From: a virus
Taxonomy: Duplodnaviria; Caudoviricetes
Length of the DNA stretch: 36,600 nt
Reading direction: 5' to 3' (one strand)
Virus record (IMG/VR): IMGVR_UViG_3300030097_000522
Coordinates: 1-36,600 of that record
In this document: positions 25,403 through 33,830 of the stretch, in pieces
How positions within the stretch are numbered: the first letter of the stretch is position 1
Layout of the letters: each line of letters starts with the position of its first letter
Notes under the pieces: generated by a model
Told to the model about the DNA's origin: nothing
The model's input: the letters and a program-made list of their open reading frames with translations, nothing else
Databases searched by the model: none
Made by a program: the position numbers and the translations under genes

Positions 25403-26269
25403 ATGCGGAGCATTCTCGAAAGATACATGCCACTGCGCAACAGCGGCGGCGATGGCGGAGGCGGCGGCGATGGCGGCAGCGGCGATGGTGGCGGCGGCGA
25501 CAGCGGAGGCGGCGGTGCAGCCTGGGCGCCGCCGGAGGGTCTGCCGAAAGATTTCGTCGGCGCCGATGCATCCGAAAGCCTGACCAAGCTGATCGGCGGC
25601 TACACCGACATGAGCACCCGGTTCAACGGCATGCGCGACAAGCTTGCCGGCATGCCGAAGCCGCCCGAGAGCCCGGACAACTACAAATACGAGCCGTCCG
25701 ACCGGTTGAAACCGTTCTTCGGCGACATGGACACCAACCCGGTTTTCAAGCAGGCGCGCGAGGCGTTCCACAAGCACGGCATTCCGGAGGCCGCATTCTC
25801 CGGCGTGATCGAGGATCTTTACGGGCCTCTGGTCGAGCAGGGCGCGATCGAGGCACCGTTCGATCCGGCCAGGGAACTGAAGACCTTCCAGGAAGCCTAT
25901 GGGCTGGACCAGGAAAAGACCGCCGCGGCGCTGACCGAGGCGGAAACCTTTGCCAAGGGCCTGACCGGACAGCTCAAGGATCTGCCAGCCGGGATGAAAG
26001 AGCAGGTCAACCAGCTCATGCTGGGGCTGACCGACACGGCCGCCGGCAATGTGTTGCTGAAAGCGCTGTCGGGCAGGCTTGCGGAGAACGGGATCCGGAT
26101 TGCCGGCGAGGGCGCGGGCAGCGGCGAAATGTCGGCCGCCGAAGCCAAGAAGCTGACCGGAGATCCGCGCATCGATCCGGCCAATCGCGACCATCCGGAC
26201 ACGAACAGGCGGTTCGATCCGGATCTGCGCCAGCGCTACGATGACTGGTACCGCAAGAACTCGAAATAA
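25403..26269 (+). CDS. Capsid scaffolding protein
   Basis: Gly/Asp-rich N-terminus, PESPDNY motif, C-terminal DP-rich helix; upstream of the capsid gene. Confidence 0.75.
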   Translation: MRSILERYMPLRNSGGDGGGGGDGGSGDGGGGDSGGGGAAWAPPEGLPKDFVGADASESLTKLIGGYTDMSTRFNGMRDKLAGMPKPPESPDNYKYEPSDRLKPFFGDMDTNPVFKQAREAFHKHGIPEAAFSGVIEDLYGPLVEQGAIEAPFDPARELKTFQEAYGLDQEKTAAALTEAETFAKGLTGQLKDLPAGMKEQVNQLMLGLTDTAAGNVLLKALSGRLAENGIRIAGEGAGSGEMSAAEAKKLTGDPRIDPANRDHPDTNRRFDPDLRQRYDDWYRKNSK

Positions 26270-26278
26270 GACCTTCAG

Positions 26279-26306
26279 AAAACCTCGCCACACCGGCGGG
26301 GTTTTT
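26279..26306 (+). terminator. Intrinsic terminator
   Basis: AAAACCTCGCC-ACACC-GGCGGGGTTTTT. Confidence 0.7.
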
Positions 26307-26335
26307 GGTTGACGCGATCGGCCGCGGATTAGGCT
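26307..26335 (+). promoter_or_regulatory. Putative late promoter, TTGACG-N15-TAGGCT, for the capsid gene
   Basis: Immediately after the terminator; same geometry as the other copies. Confidence 0.6.
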
Positions 26336-26459
26336 TCATGTCAGCATCCGGCGGACCTTCATCCGCCGCGGCCTCTCCGTCCTGGCCACGGACCCGCGGC
26401 GCATGCGGCCTCTCCAACGTGGTGTTTTCCCGATAACGACCAGACAGGAGAACATTTCG

Positions 26460-27329
26460 ATGGTCGCACAAGCTCCAACATGGTTCGCAACGCAGTATGC
26501 GGACCGCGCAATGCACATCTACCAGAACCAGGGCAACCGCCTGCGCCCGATGGTCACACAGGCCACCCGCATCGAAGGGTCTGAAAAGGCAGTGTTCTGG
26601 CTGGCCGGCAAATCCAAGGCCACCAAGAAGACCCGCAACCAGCGCAACGTGCCGTCCGGCGCGGACCGCAAGAAATTCGAAGTTGCGCTTTCGACCTGGG
26701 TCGCATTCGACACCGTGGAAGAATACGACATCGACCGCATGACCGTGGACGAAAAGGAAATTGTCTACCAGTCCGGCGCCATGGCGCTGGGCCGCGCGAC
26801 CGACATCGAAATCTATTCGGTGATGGCGGCGGCCAAGACTTCTGCCGAGATTGACTATTCGGCGGCGGCGTTTTCCGCGGCCAACGCACTCGATCTGTGC
26901 CGCCGGCTGCAGAACCAGAAAGTACCGTGGGATGGCCAGGTCTATTGCGGGCTTCCGTCGCTGCAGTGGAACCAGCTGCTTGCGAACAAGGTCGTCAATT
27001 CCGCCGATCATGTCGGCGGCGACCTGCCGTTCACCAAGGCCACCGACACGAGGTTCTGGAACGGCGTCAACTGGTTTCTGCAGGTCGAGGAAGACGCACA
27101 GGACCTCTACCCCGTGCCGGCGTCCAACAAGCAGGACCTGTTCATCTGGCACAAGTCGGCTGTCGGCTGGGGCAACCACACCGACATGCGCGTGATCCCG
27201 CAGTGGGACAACTACGAAGACTGGTGGACGATCAATATGCAGGCCAAGGGCTGCGCGACCACCATGCAGGAAGGCAACGGCATTGTCCGTTTCACGACTT
27301 CCTCGAACTCGGCGATCGCCATCGTCTGA
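26460..27329 (+). CDS. Major capsid protein
   Basis: CAGGAG RBS; YQNQGNRLR...AMALGRATD...WHKSAVG, podovirus capsid pattern. Confidence 0.88.
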   Translation: MVAQAPTWFATQYADRAMHIYQNQGNRLRPMVTQATRIEGSEKAVFWLAGKSKATKKTRNQRNVPSGADRKKFEVALSTWVAFDTVEEYDIDRMTVDEKEIVYQSGAMALGRATDIEIYSVMAAAKTSAEIDYSAAAFSAANALDLCRRLQNQKVPWDGQVYCGLPSLQWNQLLANKVVNSADHVGGDLPFTKATDTRFWNGVNWFLQVEEDAQDLYPVPASNKQDLFIWHKSAVGWGNHTDMRVIPQWDNYEDWWTINMQAKGCATTMQEGNGIVRFTTSSNSAIAIV

Positions 27330-27411
27330 CACTGACACAGCCACGGGCCGCAAGGCCCGTGGATCACACCTAACGTCCGGCCTGCCGGCATGAACAGAAG
27401 GAAACAGGCTG

Positions 27412-27693
27412 ATGGCCTTCAATACCTACGGTTTCAAGACCCTGACACATATCGGAACCATTGCCGGCGCGGCCGGCACCATGCGCTCGCTGCATGCCTA
27501 TGTCACCAACGACGACGCGGCCGCGGTGGAAACATCCGGCTACTTCAACGATGTGGCTGACCGGATCAAGACCGGCGACATCGTGATGTGCTCGCTCGAC
27601 CTCGACGGCACGCCGGCGCTGCAGAGCTACGTCATGACCAACACGGCGGGCGTTATCACCGTCACGCTTTCGATCGCTACCGCCGCGGCCTGA
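27412..27693 (+). CDS. Head decoration / minor capsid protein
   Basis: TNDDAAAVETSGYFN...GDIV; follows the capsid gene after a GCAA-loop hairpin (27341-27362). Confidence 0.6.
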   Translation: MAFNTYGFKTLTHIGTIAGAAGTMRSLHAYVTNDDAAAVETSGYFNDVADRIKTGDIVMCSLDLDGTPALQSYVMTNTAGVITVTLSIATAAA

Positions 27694-27708
27694 GGCCCGG
27701 CGCGCGAA

Positions 27709-27750
27709 GGCCGCGGCGGTTCACGTCCCGCCGCGGCCATAACTTCTTTT
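27709..27750 (+). terminator. Terminator after the head genes
   Basis: GGCCGCGGCGG/CCGCCGCGGCC stem followed by ATAACTTCTTTT. Confidence 0.55.
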
Positions 27751-27763
27751 CCGGGAGGCCCGC

Positions 27764-28417
27764 ATGGCGCTGATAACCGCACTCGACATCGTGAACGCAG
27801 CATGCGCGCGCATCGGCGCCGACCCGCTGCAGGACATCGACGAGGAAACCCAGGGCGGGCAGGCGGCATCGCTGCTTTACGAGGAAATCGTCGATTTCAA
27901 TCTCGGGCTCAATCCGTTCTCGTTTTCGCGCGAAATGCGCCAGCTTTCCCAAGTCACGACAGCCACGCCGCTGACCGGCTGGCTCTACGTCTTTGACATT
28001 CCCGGCCAGCACTTCGGCCCGCCCATGTGGCTGACCGACAGCCTCACCGATCCTGACCGGCGGTTCACGCGCTACACGCTCAGTGGCGGGCAAGTGCATT
28101 CGGATGCCAACCCGCTGTATGCGTCCATCCGGTTCCGCCCGGATCCGGCCCGGTGGAGCGCGACCTTCCGATCGGCCACGATCACCGCGCTGGCCGCTCA
28201 GCTGGCGCTGTCGCAGGCATCGGATGGAAATCTCTACGACCGGCTGCAGAACGAGGCTTACGGCACGCCTTCGGAAAACCACCGCGGCGGCAAGATGCGC
28301 GCGGCCATCACCGAGGACAGCCTGGCCACGCCGCCGCGCAAGCCCGATTGGGACAACAATCCTTTCGCGCGCTCGCGCCGCGCGGGCTCGTGGAGCAGTG
28401 AGGAAAACCGATGGTAG
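27764..28417 (+). CDS. Tail tubular protein A (adaptor, T7 gp11-like)
   Basis: LDIVNAACARIG...FSFS...LAAQLA pattern and synteny. Confidence 0.8.
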   Translation: MALITALDIVNAACARIGADPLQDIDEETQGGQAASLLYEEIVDFNLGLNPFSFSREMRQLSQVTTATPLTGWLYVFDIPGQHFGPPMWLTDSLTDPDRRFTRYTLSGGQVHSDANPLYASIRFRPDPARWSATFRSATITALAAQLALSQASDGNLYDRLQNEAYGTPSENHRGGKMRAAITEDSLATPPRKPDWDNNPFARSRRAGSWSSEENRW

Positions 28418-30471
28418 CGCGGCCGGGACGCCTGCAGTCCGGGTTCACCGCCGGCGAACTTGAACCGCTCCTGCACGAGCGCACACAGCTCAAATATTTC
28501 TCGACCGGCGCAAGCTACATGGAGAATGTCGAAGTGATCCCGCAGGGCGGGTTTCGCTATCGCGGCGGCTTGCGCGACATAGGCGGACTGCAGGCGACTG
28601 CCAGCCGTCTTTTCCCGTTCGAGGCATCGGACGGCTCGTCCTATGACCTCGTGTTTTCGGGCACCTATTTCGAGGCATGGTCGGCGACCGCCAAGCTGCA
28701 GACAGTCGCGATCGGCATGGACACCGACATGCTGCCCGAAATGACCGTTGCGCAGCAGCTCGACACCATGCTTGTGTTTCATCGCGACCTTCAGACCCAG
28801 CGGATCAAGCACCTTGGCCCGACAAACTGGCAGGTCGACAATGCGCCGTTCGACTATGTTTTCAACTACGACTATGGCGGCCCGGTCGGCGGCGGATCCT
28901 ATTCCAACGGCGTGGCGGCCGTTTGGGAACTCGAGTTTGTCGGCCTGACCAATGCCAGCACGGTTTTCGTTCTCACCGTCAGCGGCCAGGACACGGTTTC
29001 GATCCTCTACAATTCGGCCATGACGACGCTTGCGACCAATATCGAGGCTTCGCTTCTGGACCTGCCGAACATCTCATCCGGAATTTCGGTCGTGTCGTCG
29101 TCGGGCGATGCGTCGGGCACGAAGATCAAGATCAATTTCACCGGCAGCGGCAACGAGGGCGACGGCTGGGCGGTATCCGGTCGCGTGCTCAACAAGTCCG
29201 ATGCGGCCGTGCTGGCCTTCAAGGAAACGCCCGGCGTGACCGCCGGCGAGCCGGTTTTTTCAAGCGATCGGGGATGGCCGCATTGCGGCACGTTCTATGC
29301 GCAGCGCCTGTTGCTTGGCGGGTTCAAGAGCCTGCCCAACGCATGGTGCTTTTCCAAGCTGGGCGATTTCTACAATTTCGACGAACGCTTTACCGAGGCG
29401 AATGGCCCGGCGCTGATCCCGATGGACATTTCCGGCGGCGAGCGCATCGAGCGGATTTTCGGATCGCGGAACCTCTTGATCTTCACCACCCAGGCGGAAT
29501 ACTGGCTGGCCGAGCGCAAGCTGTCGCGCACGGAAGCGCCGAACCATGTCCAGAGCTCGACCAACGGGACAAAGCGCGGCGTCCCGATCACTGAAAACGA
29601 GGGTGCTGCGATCTATGTCCAGTCGTCGGGCGGCGTTCTGGGCGAGTTTCGTTATACCGATGTCGAGGGCAATTTCGTCTCGACGGATATCTCTCTTCTG
29701 GCCTCGCACCTCGTCGAGGACGTGATCGATCAGGCAGTCAAGAAGGCGACGAAATCGACCAACGGCAACCGCAACGCGCTCGTGCTGGAAAATGGCGATG
29801 CGCGGCTTGTCACCATCCTGCGCGAGCAGGAAGTGACGGGCTTCACCCGCATGACCACGGCGGGCGATTTCAAGGCAACGAGCGTCAACGGCCGCAACGA
29901 GCTGAATTTCATCGTCGCGCGGGCGGACGGGCGCCGGCTGGAAAAGCTCGACGATACGATCCTGCTCGACCAGGCAACGCTTTTCGAGAACGACCCGGCG
30001 TCAACGGACATCACCGGGCTGTCGCGGTTCAACGGACAATCGGTATGGGTAGTGGCCGACGACAATGTTTTCGGCCCCTACACCGTGAGCGGCGGCGAAA
30101 TCACGCTGCCGGTCGCGGCATCGGCCGGATATGTCGGCACATGGAGCGCGCCGAGGGTAACGACATTGCCGCCACCGCGCGATATTGGCCCCGGCACCGT
30201 GCTCAAGCGCAAGGGACGGATCCATTCGGTGCAGATCTCCGTGATCAACACGACATCGATCGCGATCGCCAGCCAGGGCGGCCCTTTGCGCGATATCGAC
30301 CTGTTGCGCTACGGCGCGCCGGCGGACCAGCCGGAGCTGCAGGCGGGCTACACCGGAACGCTCACGATCCGCGGGCTCACGGGTTTCCACGACGAGCCGA
30401 CGATTACAATCGGGCAGGTGCGCCCCGGACGAATGACCGTGCGATCGATCACGATCGAGGCGGCGCTGTAG
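28411..30471 (+). CDS. Tail tubular protein B (nozzle, T7 gp12-like)
   Basis: QSGFTAGEL, PQGG, GWPHCGTFYAQRL and FSKLGDFYNF motifs. Confidence 0.88.
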   Translation: MVARPGRLQSGFTAGELEPLLHERTQLKYFSTGASYMENVEVIPQGGFRYRGGLRDIGGLQATASRLFPFEASDGSSYDLVFSGTYFEAWSATAKLQTVAIGMDTDMLPEMTVAQQLDTMLVFHRDLQTQRIKHLGPTNWQVDNAPFDYVFNYDYGGPVGGGSYSNGVAAVWELEFVGLTNASTVFVLTVSGQDTVSILYNSAMTTLATNIEASLLDLPNISSGISVVSSSGDASGTKIKINFTGSGNEGDGWAVSGRVLNKSDAAVLAFKETPGVTAGEPVFSSDRGWPHCGTFYAQRLLLGGFKSLPNAWCFSKLGDFYNFDERFTEANGPALIPMDISGGERIERIFGSRNLLIFTTQAEYWLAERKLSRTEAPNHVQSSTNGTKRGVPITENEGAAIYVQSSGGVLGEFRYTDVEGNFVSTDISLLASHLVEDVIDQAVKKATKSTNGNRNALVLENGDARLVTILREQEVTGFTRMTTAGDFKATSVNGRNELNFIVARADGRRLEKLDDTILLDQATLFENDPASTDITGLSRFNGQSVWVVADDNVFGPYTVSGGEITLPVAASAGYVGTWSAPRVTTLPPPRDIGPGTVLKRKGRIHSVQISVINTTSIAIASQGGPLRDIDLLRYGAPADQPELQAGYTGTLTIRGLTGFHDEPTITIGQVRPGRMTVRSITIEAAL

Positions 30472-30480
30472 GAGGCAAGC

Positions 30481-31101
30481 ATGGAACTGGCAGTGGCTGC
30501 CGCGGGCAAACTCTTTTCATCCATCGGTCTTGCCGGTGCTGCAGGCGCGGCAAAGGGCGCGGCAACGACAGCGGCAACAACGGCCGCGACCGGCGGAGCC
30601 GCCGCGGCGACGAGCGGTTTTTCAGTCGCGAGCGCCTTCTCGACGGCACTGCAGATCCTGGGCGGCATCGGCGCCGGCATGGCGCAGCAAAGCCAGGCCG
30701 AGGACATGGCCAGACAGACCGAACTGCAGGCAGGGCAGGAACAGGTGCAGGCAACCCAGCGGCAGACCGCGATGAAGCGGCAGCTGCTGCAGGTGCTGGG
30801 CGAAAACGATGTCACGTTCGCATCCGCCGGCATCGACATTTCCGGCGGCATTGCCGCCAGCTCCGCACGGGACGCCAAGGCGCGCGCGACAAAGGAAATC
30901 TCCATCGACCGCAACGATGCAGATTTCAAGCGGGCGTTGCTGCGCATGCGCGCCAGCGGACAGCGGAGGCAAGGGCAGGCCGCCATGGGCGGCGCATTGC
31001 TTGGCGCCTTGGGGACCGGCGTGAACGCCGGAATTTCGGCTGGGCGGATCGGCGGGCCAAAGCAAATCGACCTCGCAAGGAACACCGGAGGCATGTACTG
31101 A
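30481..31101 (+). CDS. Small internal virion protein (gp14-like)
   Basis: Ala/Gly-rich with ASAGID motif; GGAGG RBS. Confidence 0.7.
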   Translation: MELAVAAAGKLFSSIGLAGAAGAAKGAATTAATTAATGGAAAATSGFSVASAFSTALQILGGIGAGMAQQSQAEDMARQTELQAGQEQVQATQRQTAMKRQLLQVLGENDVTFASAGIDISGGIAASSARDAKARATKEISIDRNDADFKRALLRMRASGQRRQGQAAMGGALLGALGTGVNAGISAGRIGGPKQIDLARNTGGMY

Positions 31102-31103
31102 CC

Positions 31104-33830
31104 ATGGTCAACAAGCAGGCGCGCAGCCCCGGCGAGATCCGCCGCTTTGAAGCGACCGGCCGCGTGTCGGCGGACGTGCCGGGCTTTGCCGCCGACACCG
31201 GCGCGGCTTTCCGCACGCTCGAAGCCATGGGCGCGCAGCTGTCCGGCACGCTGTTCAAGCTTGCCGGCGAAGCGGCCGGGCGCGCCGGTGAAATGGCGGG
31301 CCTGCAATCGCAACAAACCGGCGTTGCCTATCTCGAAGCACGCGCGGCCGAGGCGAAGGGGGAGGCGATCGCCTCGTCCGGGCCGTGGAAGGAACAGGCC
31401 AAGGCGCTGCTGCGAAAGGAAGAAGGTTTCAGGGATAACCCGTATTGGGACGTGAATGCGCACCGCGTCGGCTATGGATCCGACACGACGATCATTGACG
31501 GCAAGCCGGTGCGAGTAACGCGCGGCATGAAGATCACCCGCGAGCAGGCCGAGGCTGATCTCGAATACCGGCTTTCAAGCCGCGAAGGCGCGCAGGTGCA
31601 GCGCCAGCTGGGGGAAGTCTGGGACAGGTTGCCCGATGGCGCGCGGGCAGGGCTTGCAAGCGTCGGCTACAATTACGGATCGCTGCCCGGCAGCGTGGTG
31701 AAGGCCGCCAGAACCGGCGATCTCAATGCCATCGCCGATGCAGTCGCAGCGCTTCCCGCCAACAGCAAGCGCCGCGAGCGCGAGGCCGCCCTGATCCGTG
31801 GCGGCGGCGGGCAGGCTCAGCCGGCGCAGATGGTCATTCCCACCCAGCCGCTTGCACTCAGGCGCGACGGGACGATCTATGGCGAAGCCTATGACCGGGC
31901 CGCGATGAGCGCCTATGCGTGGCGGCTCGACCAAGGGATCTCGAACGATCTCAATGCGGCGCACGAGGAATTCCGAGACGATCCGGCGGGCTTCCAGCAG
32001 CGTGTCACCGAAATCCGCGACACCTACCTGGCCGACGACAGCTTTGCCGACCCGCAGGCGCGCGAGGTGTTTGAAAAAAGCTTCGCCACGCGGGCCGAAG
32101 CCTATGCCCGCGATGTCGCAAACCGGCAGGGCCAGCGGCTGGATGCGGAAGAAAAGGCCGCCACCGGCGAGGCGCTGGATGCGCGGATCAACGGCATCGA
32201 GAAAGACGCCTATCTGCTTGGCGCAAACCCGGAAGGCGACCGGATCATCGGCGAGCAGATCGACCGCACCATGCGGTCGATCGACGCGGCTGTCGCATCG
32301 GGATCGGTCACGCCGGCGCAGGCAGTGACATGGCGCGAACGCATCCGCAAGGGCGCAATGCAATCGCGGCTGCACGGGGTTTTCGACGCGCTGGAGACGC
32401 CGGACCAGAAACGCGAGTTCGCGCTTGGCCTGATGACCGACGAGAAGCTGCTGGGCGATTTCGGCTTTGCGGACGTGCGGGCGATTTCGGATCTGTTGTT
32501 CAACCGGGCAATCAGCGAGGGCAGCCGCAAGACAGCCGCCGACAGGATCGAGAACGCCCGGATTGAAAGCCTGATCGAGGATGACCTTACATCGCTCCAG
32601 GCAACCGGCGCAGGGCTCGATCCAGCCGAAAGCGGATTGTCGGCCGATCTGGTTTCCGTCCGCCTTGGACCGGAAAAGCTTGCTGCCTGGCAGGAAGCCC
32701 GGCGCAAGGCAACGCTCGCCTACCAGGCCACGGCCGGCATGGAAACCGACAGCGAGGCCGAGATCCTGACCAGGCTCGACACGCTGAAACCCAAGCCGGG
32801 ACAGGCAGGCTTTGCCGAGCAGGAGGCGATTTTCGCGCTGGCGCAGAAACGCGCCGAGCAGGTGATCAAGGAACGCCAGCAAGACCCGATGGGGCAGGCC
32901 ATGCGCGCGGGCGCTGTCGACGTAGCCCCGATCGACTTTTCGAGCGGCGAGGCGCTGGCTGGGAGCCTTGCCGCGCGGCGGCAGGCCGCCCGTGGCGTCT
33001 CCGACCTCTACGGTACGCCGCGCCGGTTCCTGATGCCCGGCGAACAGGAAAAGCTTGCGCAGCAGCTTGAGGCAAACCCGATGCTGATGGAGACGATCGC
33101 AAGCGCTTCCGTTTCGGCACTTGGCCAGGATGCGCCGGCCTTCCTGTCAGAAATCTCGCAATCGGCGCCGGTGCTGTCGCATGCCGCCGGCATGGCGTCG
33201 GTTACCGGCGACACGTCGATCGCCGGCGACATCGCCACGACGCTGGCCGCCAAGCGTGACAAGATCTACACCGCCAAGATGCCGCAGAACGGGCAGATGC
33301 TGATGGCAGCACAGGGCGTGCTTGGAACGGCGCTGACCGCGCTGCCGCGCACGCAATCGGCGTTGCTGGAAACCGCCACGCTGCTTTTCGAACAGGCTGC
33401 CAACCGCGAAGGGTTCGACACCAAGGAAATCGACGATCCGCGCACGCCGGCAGGCAAGGCGTGGGAAACGGCGCTTAACCGCGCATCCGGCCGCCGGACG
33501 CTGGGCGGCGTGGACTATGGCGGATTTGCCGATGTCAACGGCCAGCGCATCCTTGTGCCGCCCGACATGCCGGCGGACGAGCCGGAACGGCTTTGGGATG
33601 AGATCGACGATGACCTGCTTTCGCGGCTGCCGCCGGTCGAGAGCCGAAACGGCGTGCCGCTGACCGCGCGGCAGATCCGCCGCGGCCGTCTGGTGACGGC
33701 AGGCGACGGCACCTACCGCGTGGCGCTGGGCGACCCATCGAGCGCAAACCCGCAATGGCTGGCCACGCCGGACGGCAGGTTCTGGGAAATCGATATCCGC
33801 GAGCTTGCCCGGATCGAGGCCAACCGATGA
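31104..33830 (+). CDS. Internal virion protein with an embedded GH24-type lysozyme domain
   Basis: EEGFRDNPYWD...VGYG...ITREQAE...YNYG...RREREA; start re-assigned to ATG 31104. Confidence 0.8.
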   Translation: MVNKQARSPGEIRRFEATGRVSADVPGFAADTGAAFRTLEAMGAQLSGTLFKLAGEAAGRAGEMAGLQSQQTGVAYLEARAAEAKGEAIASSGPWKEQAKALLRKEEGFRDNPYWDVNAHRVGYGSDTTIIDGKPVRVTRGMKITREQAEADLEYRLSSREGAQVQRQLGEVWDRLPDGARAGLASVGYNYGSLPGSVVKAARTGDLNAIADAVAALPANSKRREREAALIRGGGGQAQPAQMVIPTQPLALRRDGTIYGEAYDRAAMSAYAWRLDQGISNDLNAAHEEFRDDPAGFQQRVTEIRDTYLADDSFADPQAREVFEKSFATRAEAYARDVANRQGQRLDAEEKAATGEALDARINGIEKDAYLLGANPEGDRIIGEQIDRTMRSIDAAVASGSVTPAQAVTWRERIRKGAMQSRLHGVFDALETPDQKREFALGLMTDEKLLGDFGFADVRAISDLLFNRAISEGSRKTAADRIENARIESLIEDDLTSLQATGAGLDPAESGLSADLVSVRLGPEKLAAWQEARRKATLAYQATAGMETDSEAEILTRLDTLKPKPGQAGFAEQEAIFALAQKRAEQVIKERQQDPMGQAMRAGAVDVAPIDFSSGEALAGSLAARRQAARGVSDLYGTPRRFLMPGEQEKLAQQLEANPMLMETIASASVSALGQDAPAFLSEISQSAPVLSHAAGMASVTGDTSIAGDIATTLAAKRDKIYTAKMPQNGQMLMAAQGVLGTALTALPRTQSALLETATLLFEQAANREGFDTKEIDDPRTPAGKAWETALNRASGRRTLGGVDYGGFADVNGQRILVPPDMPADEPERLWDEIDDDLLSRLPPVESRNGVPLTARQIRRGRLVTAGDGTYRVALGDPSSANPQWLATPDGRFWEIDIRELARIEANR

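Noticed and set aside
25441-25520. GGCGGC tandem repeats
   Set aside because: Encodes the Gly/Asp linker of the scaffold; not CRISPR or a regulatory array
30045-31103. N-terminal extension giving a 1261-aa ORF
   Set aside because: Overlaps two credible genes in other frames; the real start is ATG 31104
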